Source: a virus
Taxonomy: Duplodnaviria; Caudoviricetes
DNA: 64,000 nt
Reading direction: 5' to 3' (one strand)
IMG/VR virus record: IMGVR_UViG_3300048436_000037
Span: 1,619 to 65,618 of that record
A program made the position numbers and the translations under genes. Position 1 is the first letter of the stretch. Every line of letters starts with the position of its first letter. This document shows positions 56,418 through 64,000 of this stretch, piece by piece. A model generated the notes under the pieces. The model saw only the letters and a program-made list of their open reading frames with translations, was not told the DNA's origin and searched no databases.

Positions 56418-57194
56418 TTATAAGCTTTCTTTTTTAACAAACGTTCCATTAACCATTTTACCTTGCCTAGACTTTATAACATCATAAGCACTACATATAC
56501 AGTCTTCTATGTTGTGACCTCTTAGTTTAGCTAAGTTTGTTAATACAACAACCATATCGCCAATAGCATCAATTACTTCAGGTTCATCATTTTTCAATAT
56601 AGCTTGAGCTAATTCACCAGCTTCTTCCATAAGTTTAATGTATTGAGTTCTAGAATCACCTGATTTGTATATTCCTTTGTTAGTGGCCCAAGCTCTAATT
56701 AAATCATACACATTTTCTTCGTTACTTTTGTAAAAGGATTTTTCATTTGATGTTTGTTCTATAAACTCATTAGCATATGCCTTGTTGTATATGTAACACC
56801 TGTTTACATTAAACATTGATGTTTTAGCGTTTTTAACAATCCAGTCAATTGTTTGATCATTTAATTTAAATCGGCCATTATTAGTAAGCCATTTTAAACC
56901 TATATTGTCCATTAATTGCCCTTTAAGTTTATTTAAAGGTACTGGAAAAGTTGTTGTTTGTTCTGTTACATTTATATTCATTTGATTAAATAGTGTTTTA
57001 TATAGTTTTATATCTACTTTATAGCCATAAGACTTTTGAAGTTCTATTTCCTTGTCAGATATATAATCTATATCATCGCTAGTAAGTAGAACTTCGTATT
57101 CGTCTGGTTTATAACCCTGTTGAAGAGTTACCCGACTATTAAGATCACGTGTTACACCGATCTTTTTACCTGGTATGTGGTATAAATAATACAT
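56418..57194 (-). CDS. mazG: MazG-like NTP pyrophosphohydrolase with GIY-YIG-like N-terminal domain
   Basis: C-terminal KLMEEAGELA...DAIGDMVVVL; N-terminal YLYHIPGKKIGVT...R; start 57194. Confidence 0.75.
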   Translation of the reverse strand: MYYLYHIPGKKIGVTRDLNSRVTLQQGYKPDEYEVLLTSDDIDYISDKEIELQKSYGYKVDIKLYKTLFNQMNINVTEQTTTFPVPLNKLKGQLMDNIGLKWLTNNGRFKLNDQTIDWIVKNAKTSMFNVNRCYIYNKAYANEFIEQTSNEKSFYKSNEENVYDLIRAWATNKGIYKSGDSRTQYIKLMEEAGELAQAILKNDEPEVIDAIGDMVVVLTNLAKLRGHNIEDCICSAYDVIKSRQGKMVNGTFVKKESL

Positions 57195-57198
57195 ATTT

Positions 57199-57840
57199 TT
57201 ATAGTTTATTTTTATACAAGTGCATGTTGTGTGCGTGGTGGTAATACCAACCTGTCTCAATAGACAGCCCGTCTGCAACCATCTCTTGCAATGATGCAAA
57301 TTGATACTGATCATTACAGAAACCGTACCAGATGTCATTAGAACGCATATAGACAGACATACAAAGCTTTTCGTCTATGATCGAAAACTGTATAGCATAA
57401 GTACACGGTGTGTCTTTGCCATATCTATTATGTTCTTTCGCATCGTATATACTTATAGCAGCATGTCTAGTATCTGGATTATCTCTTAGTTTATTGACCA
57501 CATAACCTAACTGGTTATTTCTTTGCCATTGATAACCATAATTAGAATTAACTTGACCATACTCGTCTGCCATACGTTCCCATATCGGCGGTACTTTACC
57601 ATACAGTTCAGCTAGTTTGTCAACACTAGGATCACCAGATAGATACCAAGACCACTCAGCTGCAGCGTATTTTTTACTCCACTTACGCTCAGCGTTTGTT
57701 ATCGCTTTGTCTGAAGGATTATCTATGTAAAAACCACAGTTGAATATAGCTTTTGTATCACCAAAGTCTATACCTTCTTGTAGTATTTTGTCTAGCACAG
57801 CTTCATAAGCTTCATTAGCATTTTTAAATCTTATCTTCAT
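57199..57840 (-). CDS. thymidylate synthase family enzyme, dCMP hydroxymethylase/methylase type
   Basis: NSNYG, DTR, DTPCT, MRSNDIWYGFCND, NMHLY; start 57840. Confidence 0.85.
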   Translation of the reverse strand: MKIRFKNANEAYEAVLDKILQEGIDFGDTKAIFNCGFYIDNPSDKAITNAERKWSKKYAAAEWSWYLSGDPSVDKLAELYGKVPPIWERMADEYGQVNSNYGYQWQRNNQLGYVVNKLRDNPDTRHAAISIYDAKEHNRYGKDTPCTYAIQFSIIDEKLCMSVYMRSNDIWYGFCNDQYQFASLQEMVADGLSIETGWYYHHAHNMHLYKNKL

Positions 57841-58078
57841 ATTTATTTTTATAGTATTTATAGTACTCATACATCTTAATCCATATCTCTAGTTTTTTGT
57901 AGTCTTTTGGATCTGTGTTTGACTTACCATTATTTAATATCTCTATAGTCCATCTAGCCTCTTTTATAGCTATTGGTGAAATGTATATTTTGTTTCTTAT
58001 ACACCATCTCATAGCCTCAGCCTCTTCTTTACTAGGAGTATAGTCACCCATATCCCATTGAGACTTTCTTTTAGCCAT
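57824..58078 (-). CDS. hypothetical protein
   Basis: 84-aa ORF. Confidence 0.65.
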   Translation of the reverse strand: MAKRKSQWDMGDYTPSKEEAEAMRWCIRNKIYISPIAIKEARWTIEILNNGKSNTDPKDYKKLEIWIKMYEYYKYYKNKYEDKI

Positions 58079-59800
58079 TTATTCCCAAGGCATTTTATCC
58101 GCAGAGACGTCTAAAGGTTCATGAGGTAGAAAACAACCTGATCTTGGCTCCCATTTAAAATGTGCTTCAGCTCCGTTTTCACCGAGGTTTTGAAACTTTA
58201 TTTTAAGTACTTTAGCTTTAACAGTTTTGTTTTCATAATCTCTATGAACTAGTAAACCGTGATAAGAAGCATCGTACCATTCACCACCACCTTTAATATT
58301 ATACATTGTAGGTTCTTCAATCTTACCATCTTTGTCTTTATACATTTTAGTAGGGTGAGCTACTATAAATACAAGTACATCAAACTTCTTAGCAAATGTT
58401 TCTATCTTAGTTAGATATTCCATTGTATAGCGATTAACATCTTCTGTCTTACAGTCTACATCTCTAACTTTATTAAATGGATCTATAACTAGGCATTTAA
58501 TACCCTTACGTTTAACTAGCTCAGCTGCTTTTTTAAGTACTGACTCTAAAGTATAACGTTCCATATCAATGTGAAAGTAGTTACTATTACAATGATCTGC
58601 TATTTGATTCCATTTATCTCCTCCAATATCTTCTTTCGTTGGCATACCTTGCCAAGTCTTACGCATTAATTTATGAGCGTGTAGATATGTCGGTACATTC
58701 TCTGGAGACGCGAAAGCTGTTTTCCAACCGTAGTTTGCGTTATAGCCAACAACCATTTGATCCACGAAATCTGACTTCCCAGAAGAAGGTATTCCAGTGA
58801 CAGTAATAAACTGACCAGTATACGTTGAAAATATATCATCAAAGTTCTGTAAACCAATTTGAAAGCCAGGTTTAAAACCATTCCTAACAAAGTCAGTGAC
58901 TTCATCTTCGATATCTCTGAACGTAGTAACGTTTTCAAGAGGTACGGGCCTCGCGCCAGTGATTCTTTCTGTAAGTTTTTCTTTACCATATTTTTGTAAG
59001 TATTCATTTGCATCTTTGCAGTCTTCGAAAGTTGATATAAAACAAACCTCAGATCCTAGCCTTCTAATTAATTCTGTTTGTAAAGCTTGTCCAGCTTCGT
59101 CAGAATCTACAGCTAATATAATCTTTTCTTTGTCTTCAAAGTAATCAATACAACTATCTAAATAATCTAAGTTATTAGTGTTAAGTGTAGCTCCGTTAGG
59201 AACAGATATAGCATTAGTAATGCCAGCTTCATGTAAAGCTAGTACATCCATTTCACCCTCAACTATGACACAATACTCATAACCTACAATACTATCTATA
59301 TTATAAAAGACTTTCTCAGCCCCTTTATACAATTTAAAGTTCTTTCTTCCATCTCGGTATTTAACATTTGTTAATTCACCGCCCATAAAATAATTGAACT
59401 TTATAACATTCTCGGTCTTACCGGTCTGTGGCATCCACTCAGGACCCTCACTGATTTGTAAATCAATAAGAGTCTGAGCTGATATACCTCTTGTTCCAAA
59501 CCATTCTACAACCTTGTCACTTACAAACTCAGGTTTATCTGGATCTGTTTTGACTTCAGGTTTAACATATACTTTTTCAGCTTTACCTTTACGCTGATAA
59601 GTATGTAATTGAAATGATTTGTTACAGTTGTGACAAGTACCGAGACCCCGTTCCCAATCATAAGAAGCACATTTTGCTTTTTGATTCTTGGGTTTCCTAT
59701 TGTGAGAGCATAAAGGGCATATACCCTGTTTTTTACCCTCTTCTAGGCCATGCTGATTGAAATTGTCAATCGCAAATCCATTGATCTCTGTTGTCTGCAT
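58079..59800 (-). CDS. T7 gp4/Twinkle-like primase-helicase
   Basis: CPLC...CHNC Zn finger, IVEGEMD and DSDEAG TOPRIM, GIPSSGKS Walker A, VIDPF, VAHP. Confidence 0.93.
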   Translation of the reverse strand: MQTTEINGFAIDNFNQHGLEEGKKQGICPLCSHNRKPKNQKAKCASYDWERGLGTCHNCNKSFQLHTYQRKGKAEKVYVKPEVKTDPDKPEFVSDKVVEWFGTRGISAQTLIDLQISEGPEWMPQTGKTENVIKFNYFMGGELTNVKYRDGRKNFKLYKGAEKVFYNIDSIVGYEYCVIVEGEMDVLALHEAGITNAISVPNGATLNTNNLDYLDSCIDYFEDKEKIILAVDSDEAGQALQTELIRRLGSEVCFISTFEDCKDANEYLQKYGKEKLTERITGARPVPLENVTTFRDIEDEVTDFVRNGFKPGFQIGLQNFDDIFSTYTGQFITVTGIPSSGKSDFVDQMVVGYNANYGWKTAFASPENVPTYLHAHKLMRKTWQGMPTKEDIGGDKWNQIADHCNSNYFHIDMERYTLESVLKKAAELVKRKGIKCLVIDPFNKVRDVDCKTEDVNRYTMEYLTKIETFAKKFDVLVFIVAHPTKMYKDKDGKIEEPTMYNIKGGGEWYDASYHGLLVHRDYENKTVKAKVLKIKFQNLGENGAEAHFKWEPRSGCFLPHEPLDVSADKMPWE

Positions 59801-59817
59801 TTAATTTAATTTAATTG

Positions 59818-59904
59818 TTAATCCCCATCCCTACAATCAGGGCATATATCACAAAAATCGTACTCTTCTTCGGACATGTCTCTCTCGCAAAATTCGCAAT
59901 TCAT
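59818..59904 (-). CDS. 28-aa zinc-finger microprotein (absent from ORF track)
   Basis: MNCEFCERDMSEEEYDFCDICPDCRDGD*; TAATG-coupled to the upstream gene. Confidence 0.55.
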   Translation of the reverse strand: MNCEFCERDMSEEEYDFCDICPDCRDGD

Positions 59905-60221
59905 TAAAACGGTAAATCATCGTCTTGAGGAGCAAATGAAGGTTGTGGTGCAGCTTGTTGAAGTTGACCATCTCTTGGAGCAGCGGCAACATTGTCACCA
60001 TTTGTCCATACAACTTTTACATTACCTAAATAAACTTTTGGAGCTTTAGCCTCACGTTCTTCTTTAGATTGTTCTACTACTACAGGGCCTTGATTACCAT
60101 AATTATCAACCTCATCGTTTATTGTGATTGTAATTGGTAAATAAGATCCTTTTTTTCCCTTGTAGATTTTATCCTTTGGGATCTCATTTAAATTAATGTT
60201 TGCTTTAATAATACTAGCCAT
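59904..60221 (-). CDS. putative single-stranded DNA-binding protein
   Basis: C-terminal DDDLPF tail, between helicase and recombination genes. Confidence 0.7.
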   Translation of the reverse strand: MASIIKANINLNEIPKDKIYKGKKGSYLPITITINDEVDNYGNQGPVVVEQSKEEREAKAPKVYLGNVKVVWTNGDNVAAAPRDGQLQQAAPQPSFAPQDDDLPF

Positions 60222-60238
60222 TTTAATAGTTTTTAAGA

Positions 60239-60979
60239 CTATAAAGTCTTGTTAATAAAAAATTGTTGTGGATCGAAATCCGGTGTTTCGTAGAACAGTT
60301 TGTATTGTTCTACAGCTCTTTGTACTTTATCTAGACCACTTTCATAAAAAGCATCAGAACAATCAAATATACCTATCTGATGTGTGTTCTTGTCTATAGC
60401 TATAAACACTAGGTCATAGCCAAATAGTCTTCGATAAATGTACGCTTGACTGTCGTAGTTGTAGCGGAAAGCTGAGCTTCTAAATTTTGATATATCACTT
60501 GTTGTTTTTAGATCAATAACTAATCTCTCATCGTGATTTACTATATCTGCTTTACCTTTCCACCACATCCCTTCAATCTCTTTAATTCCAGGTTGCTCGT
60601 ATTCAACATTGATACCATTGATAAGATCCATACATACTTTATTCTGCTTCATCGTATCGACTAGTAACTCTGTTTTATCTACTTCGTGTTGTAATAAACA
60701 CATTTCACCGCCTGAAATCTCCTTATAAGCCTTTGTATTCCTTGTCGTAGATTCTATTATTTTAAAATTCTTTAGTTTATCTGGCTCTAATATAGCCGTG
60801 TGAAAATAACCACCAACTAAAAAATTAATATTAGTACCTTGACTTTTGTTAAGGGCTAAAGGGTTTTTTAACAATGTAGATATATCAGAATTGCTTCTAA
60901 ACTGCTGGCCAAACTCTCCATAGTAATGCTCGTCAATTTTAAGCTTTTCTAATATATCTTTTTTTGTTAAATCATTCAT
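60239..60979 (-). CDS. RecE/Exonuclease VIII-like PD-(D/E)xK nuclease
   Basis: G..FHTAILEP, KGKAD, IDLKTT, Y..QAYIY. Confidence 0.85.
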   Translation of the reverse strand: MNDLTKKDILEKLKIDEHYYGEFGQQFRSNSDISTLLKNPLALNKSQGTNINFLVGGYFHTAILEPDKLKNFKIIESTTRNTKAYKEISGGEMCLLQHEVDKTELLVDTMKQNKVCMDLINGINVEYEQPGIKEIEGMWWKGKADIVNHDERLVIDLKTTSDISKFRSSAFRYNYDSQAYIYRRLFGYDLVFIAIDKNTHQIGIFDCSDAFYESGLDKVQRAVEQYKLFYETPDFDPQQFFINKTL

Positions 60980-60980
60980 A

Positions 60981-61541
60981 TTATAAGGTTGTTAATTTAG
61001 TTTCTATCTCTTTGGAGATATTGTATTTAGCTTTTATAGCTGATAACTTACCTCCTTTTTTAATAAACTCCACTGCTTTTGAATAAGCTGGATCTTTTTC
61101 TGAGGTTAATGTGTTTTTAACTACTTGAGCTACCGGTGCTTTACCGTGTGTGTTAGTAGCATCGCTGTCTGCTGTATCATCAATTAGAAATAAATTTCCA
61201 AGAGCATACTTTTTTGCATACGAAGATGCACTACCAAATTGCTGAGGTACATTCATACCTTTTTGGTTTAAGTCTATACCAACAACAGATGTTGCGTGTA
61301 TAGCATTATCGCCATCACTAATGATAGCTGTTGATTTCAACAAAGGTAACATATCAGTATGGATATATTCCTCATTAATTCTTACACTAACTCCTAACTC
61401 TAATAGAAAGGGTTTTATTGCTTCTAGAATGTCTTCGGCTGATCTGAAGTTGTATTTGCCGAATGAATTAAATCTACTTTTTTTCGATTTAAATCTTGTC
61501 TGGACAGACGCCAGTTTGTCGTTTAAGGTATTTAATTTCAT
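60981..61541 (-). CDS. ERF-family single-strand annealing protein
   Basis: NSFGKYNFRSAEDI, Q.FGSASSYAKKYAL..LF.I.D..D.D. Confidence 0.9.
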   Translation of the reverse strand: MKLNTLNDKLASVQTRFKSKKSRFNSFGKYNFRSAEDILEAIKPFLLELGVSVRINEEYIHTDMLPLLKSTAIISDGDNAIHATSVVGIDLNQKGMNVPQQFGSASSYAKKYALGNLFLIDDTADSDATNTHGKAPVAQVVKNTLTSEKDPAYSKAVEFIKKGGKLSAIKAKYNISKEIETKLTTL

Positions 61542-61554
61542 ATTAATCTATTAA

Positions 61555-61586
61555 GTATATAATTACATATTAATTTTAGTTTTTAC
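61555..61586 (-). promoter_or_regulatory. late/middle promoter-like motif
   Basis: Minus strand GTAA-N16-GTAATTATATA upstream of the ERF gene. Confidence 0.6.
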
Positions 61587-61605
61587 ATTATTTTTTGCAC
61601 TTAAC

Positions 61606-62391
61606 TTACAGAAAGTCAATCACTTGCGAGCTATCTACGTTAGCTATTAATTTATCTATAGCAGCCTTTTTTAGCTCAGATATTCTCACATAATTACTAA
61701 CTCCAGTTATGTTTAGCTTAACAGCTATTTCTTTAGCTGAATGTTTTTCACAGTCCATACCGTAACTCAATCTTATAACTTCGTATTCTGTATTGCTTAA
61801 GTACTGTTTCATTATACCCATCAAATAAGCATTCATAAGATCTATATTATAAGGAGTTGAGTTGTCTTCTATAGACTGAGCAAAACTCATTGTATTATCG
61901 TCATTTTTGTAAGTATTACTTTTACTTACTTGCTCATTATCTAAAGAAGTAAACATACTTGTTATAAAGATTTTACTTAAATCTTCATTGTCTGGATTTT
62001 TACGTATTTCATTTAGCTTATGCTCTGGTATTCTCATACCTCCTTTGTTTATATCTATACGTCTACGTATTGCACCTTTAATTCGTTTACTTAAAAATGA
62101 CTTTAAAGTTTTTTCAACATCAGGAGATTGATCTATAACTAACCAGTCTATTTTGTTTACAGCTTTAACCAAAGCTTCATTACCTATTTGTATTAAATCA
62201 TTAATACTAAGTATTCCAGATGCTTGATCACTAGTTGAAAACTTTCTAGCTAGATTTTCTACCAAAGGCATAAACTTAATTATAAGTTCATCTTTAGTGT
62301 ACTCATCGTAAAACTTACCTTCAAGGTTAGCTATAGATGTTTTAACATCTGTCTTATATCTTACGTAATTTTGTACGTTATATTTCTTCAT
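61606..62391 (-). CDS. phage RNA polymerase sigma factor (sigma70 family)
   Basis: LV..LARKF, DLIQIGN..L.KAV, RIKGAI, MRIP, region 4 VIRL.YG...EIA..L. Confidence 0.88.
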   Translation of the reverse strand: MKKYNVQNYVRYKTDVKTSIANLEGKFYDEYTKDELIIKFMPLVENLARKFSTSDQASGILSINDLIQIGNEALVKAVNKIDWLVIDQSPDVEKTLKSFLSKRIKGAIRRRIDINKGGMRIPEHKLNEIRKNPDNEDLSKIFITSMFTSLDNEQVSKSNTYKNDDNTMSFAQSIEDNSTPYNIDLMNAYLMGIMKQYLSNTEYEVIRLSYGMDCEKHSAKEIAVKLNITGVSNYVRISELKKAAIDKLIANVDSSQVIDFL

Positions 62392-62484
62392 ATTGATCTA
62401 TTTTTTCAAAAGCTTTTGCCATTAAATTATCATTTGCATAGTATATATTACCTATGCTTGCCATCCATTCATTAAAATTTTTTC

Positions 62485-63105
62485 TCATAATTGTTGGTTT
62501 AATAATTCTTTTTCTTTCTTTAAAGTATTGTTCATGTTTCTATATATAGTTCTAGTTGAGCAATCAAGTAAACCAGCTAGTCTACCTATAGTTATTTTCT
62601 TACCAAATTCGTTTATATCTAACATGCATTGGTAAATAGCCTCTGCATCTACATTACTAGATTTACCTATCAGCTTACCAACTATACTTAGTTTTTCACT
62701 GACAGTTAGCATGTTATGATCTTTAAATATTACTTTACGTAATTTATTTTTAGGTGGCTCATCAAGATCACTCATCAGTACATCATAAACAATCTTTTCA
62801 TAATGCCATGAGCTAATGTCAAAGGTAACAAATCCATTTTTTTTGTCACATATTACTGTAGCCATGCTATCAAACTTCTCTTGATTCATATCAGTATTCA
62901 AATACCACAATACATACAAATGCCACTTGAGACTTTTGTAAGATGTAATCTTAGCATTAGTATTAAACAGTGTGTAACATTCGTAAGTACCATTTTCAAA
63001 GAACATATACTTTTCTGTATTAATAGTAGGTACATCGTTAATAGGATCTTGTCTATATACGATGCTCCTATCTACTAAATATTTTATGTTTCTTTTATAT
63101 GACAT
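62485..63105 (-). CDS. C-terminal HTH DNA-binding protein
   Basis: ITIGRLAGLLDCSTRTIYRNM. Confidence 0.75.
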   Translation of the reverse strand: MSYKRNIKYLVDRSIVYRQDPINDVPTINTEKYMFFENGTYECYTLFNTNAKITSYKSLKWHLYVLWYLNTDMNQEKFDSMATVICDKKNGFVTFDISSWHYEKIVYDVLMSDLDEPPKNKLRKVIFKDHNMLTVSEKLSIVGKLIGKSSNVDAEAIYQCMLDINEFGKKITIGRLAGLLDCSTRTIYRNMNNTLKKEKELLNQQL

Positions 63106-63143
63106 TAGCCCCTTACTATATAATCTTATGGGCTGTTGTCACA
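63098..63143. promoter_or_regulatory. palindromic operator/origin-like site copy 3
   Basis: TATGACATTAGCC...GGCTGTTGTCACA; overlaps the ATG of the HTH gene. Confidence 0.65.
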
Positions 63144-63200
63144 GTACCCTTTTTCTTAGTTTTATTTTTTTTAAGATTTTCAATCTTATTTTTTATACCT

Positions 63201-63698
63201 CTAAAATTGGTTGTCAAGTTGTGTACGTATAATTTTCTGCTCATCTTTATTCTTTATTTTGTATTTTTCATTTTCATAATAATTCCAGTATGCCGATATA
63301 CTATCGTCTTGCACCTTGTATTCGTCTGGCATACATTGAGGAGGTTCTGTAAAAGTACCCACCGGCATTCCTAGAGGTAATTGTTTTAAAACTTCTTTGC
63401 ATTTTTTAATTGTTAAATGTGTTTTGTTATATCTTTTAGTATATTCTTCTCCTAGCGCTAACATATGTTTATATAGCCACATGTATTGATGTGAGTTTTG
63501 CCTACACCATATAGTTGACGGATGATTGTAATGCGCTTTCTTATACGGAACCTCTACCATAGGGTAATTTAGTTCTGCATAATGATGATGTGCCGTACAA
63601 AGCATCTGGGCTGATTCTAAGATCATTTTAACTACATGCTTATTGTATTGTATCTTAGCAGCTTTAACTGGATCTCTGTGTAAATAAAATATATTCAT
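63201..63698 (-). CDS. DenV-related pyrimidine-dimer DNA glycosylase family protein
   Basis: MNIFYL...KHVVKMILESAQML...H.NHP...W...EY.KRY.K.H...PPQCMP. Confidence 0.8.
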   Translation of the reverse strand: MNIFYLHRDPVKAAKIQYNKHVVKMILESAQMLCTAHHHYAELNYPMVEVPYKKAHYNHPSTIWCRQNSHQYMWLYKHMLALGEEYTKRYNKTHLTIKKCKEVLKQLPLGMPVGTFTEPPQCMPDEYKVQDDSISAYWNYYENEKYKIKNKDEQKIIRTQLDNQF

Positions 63699-63779
63699 AG
63701 TTATTCGTAATGTTTATCTAATAATATCATCGCAACCTCATGGCTTATCATATTTTCGCTGTATAATTTCCAAATTAAC

Positions 63780-64000
63780 TTACTCATAATTTCTAATTGC
63801 TTTGAATAATGGATGCCTGTAACTGTTAGCTTTTGTTCGTTCGAAATAAGTAAACGTAGCACGTTGACCTATATAGTTATCAACATTAAGTAACATATCT
63901 GCTAAATCCTTGTAGGTATAACCTTTACCCGGTGGACAACCAAACTCTATACCTTGATCATCTCGCATAAGAAACTTACCTATTGTGCCTTGTCTTTTGC
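63780..64000 (-). CDS. ATP-dependent DNA ligase, C-terminal OB domain (5' end outside window)
   Basis: KRQGTIGKFLMRD...G.GYT...IGQRATFTYFERT...RHPLFKAIR. Confidence 0.75.
   Translation of the reverse strand, partial: KRQGTIGKFLMRDDQGIEFGCPPGKGYTYKDLADMLLNVDNYIGQRATFTYFERTKANSYRHPLFKAIRNYE

Noticed and set aside
217-63554. Numerous overlapping/antisense ORFs in the track (e.g. 217..462, 828..1121, 4977..5468, 8079..8303, 12913..13464, 24626..25234, 44321..44863, 52235..52702, 63099..63374)
   Set aside because: Shadow frames of well-supported genes or of regulatory DNA, with no recognisable motifs
1-64000. Prophage / integrase / host genes
   Set aside because: No integrase, repressor-antirepressor switch or bacterial housekeeping context; groEL, nrdAB and sigma are embedded in phage operons

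Overview
This window is a 64-kb segment of an AT-rich, apparently lytic tailed phage, most likely a podovirus of marine Bacteroidota/Flavobacteriia (inferred from gene content: GroEL/GroES, large portal, cargo proteins, T7-type primase-helicase, phage sigma factor). It has three blocks. (1) 1-8.1 kb, minus strand: an early/accessory region of small ORFs with a tRNA(CAT), tRNA-like elements and a five-copy promoter-like motif. (2) 8.4-51.8 kb, plus strand: tail fibres, chaperonins, lysis genes, terminase, portal, capsid, tail and ejection proteins. (3) 51.8-64 kb, minus strand: RNR, MazG-like proteins, a ThyA-family enzyme, primase-helicase, recombination genes, sigma factor, DenV-like glycosylase and ligase. 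The standout feature is at 1922-3531: six attC-like stem-loops delimit five one-gene cassettes whose ends are self-complementary as in integron cassettes. Unusually, the ORFs run antisense and pass through, or lie inside, the stem-loops. The array sits between tRNA-like elements and no integrase is visible in the window. Other notable items are a dCMP-type ThyA homologue, nested domains in a 1553-aa adhesin, a three-copy palindrome overlapping the start of an HTH gene, and two promoter classes. All protein calls come from motif recognition by eye, not database searches.
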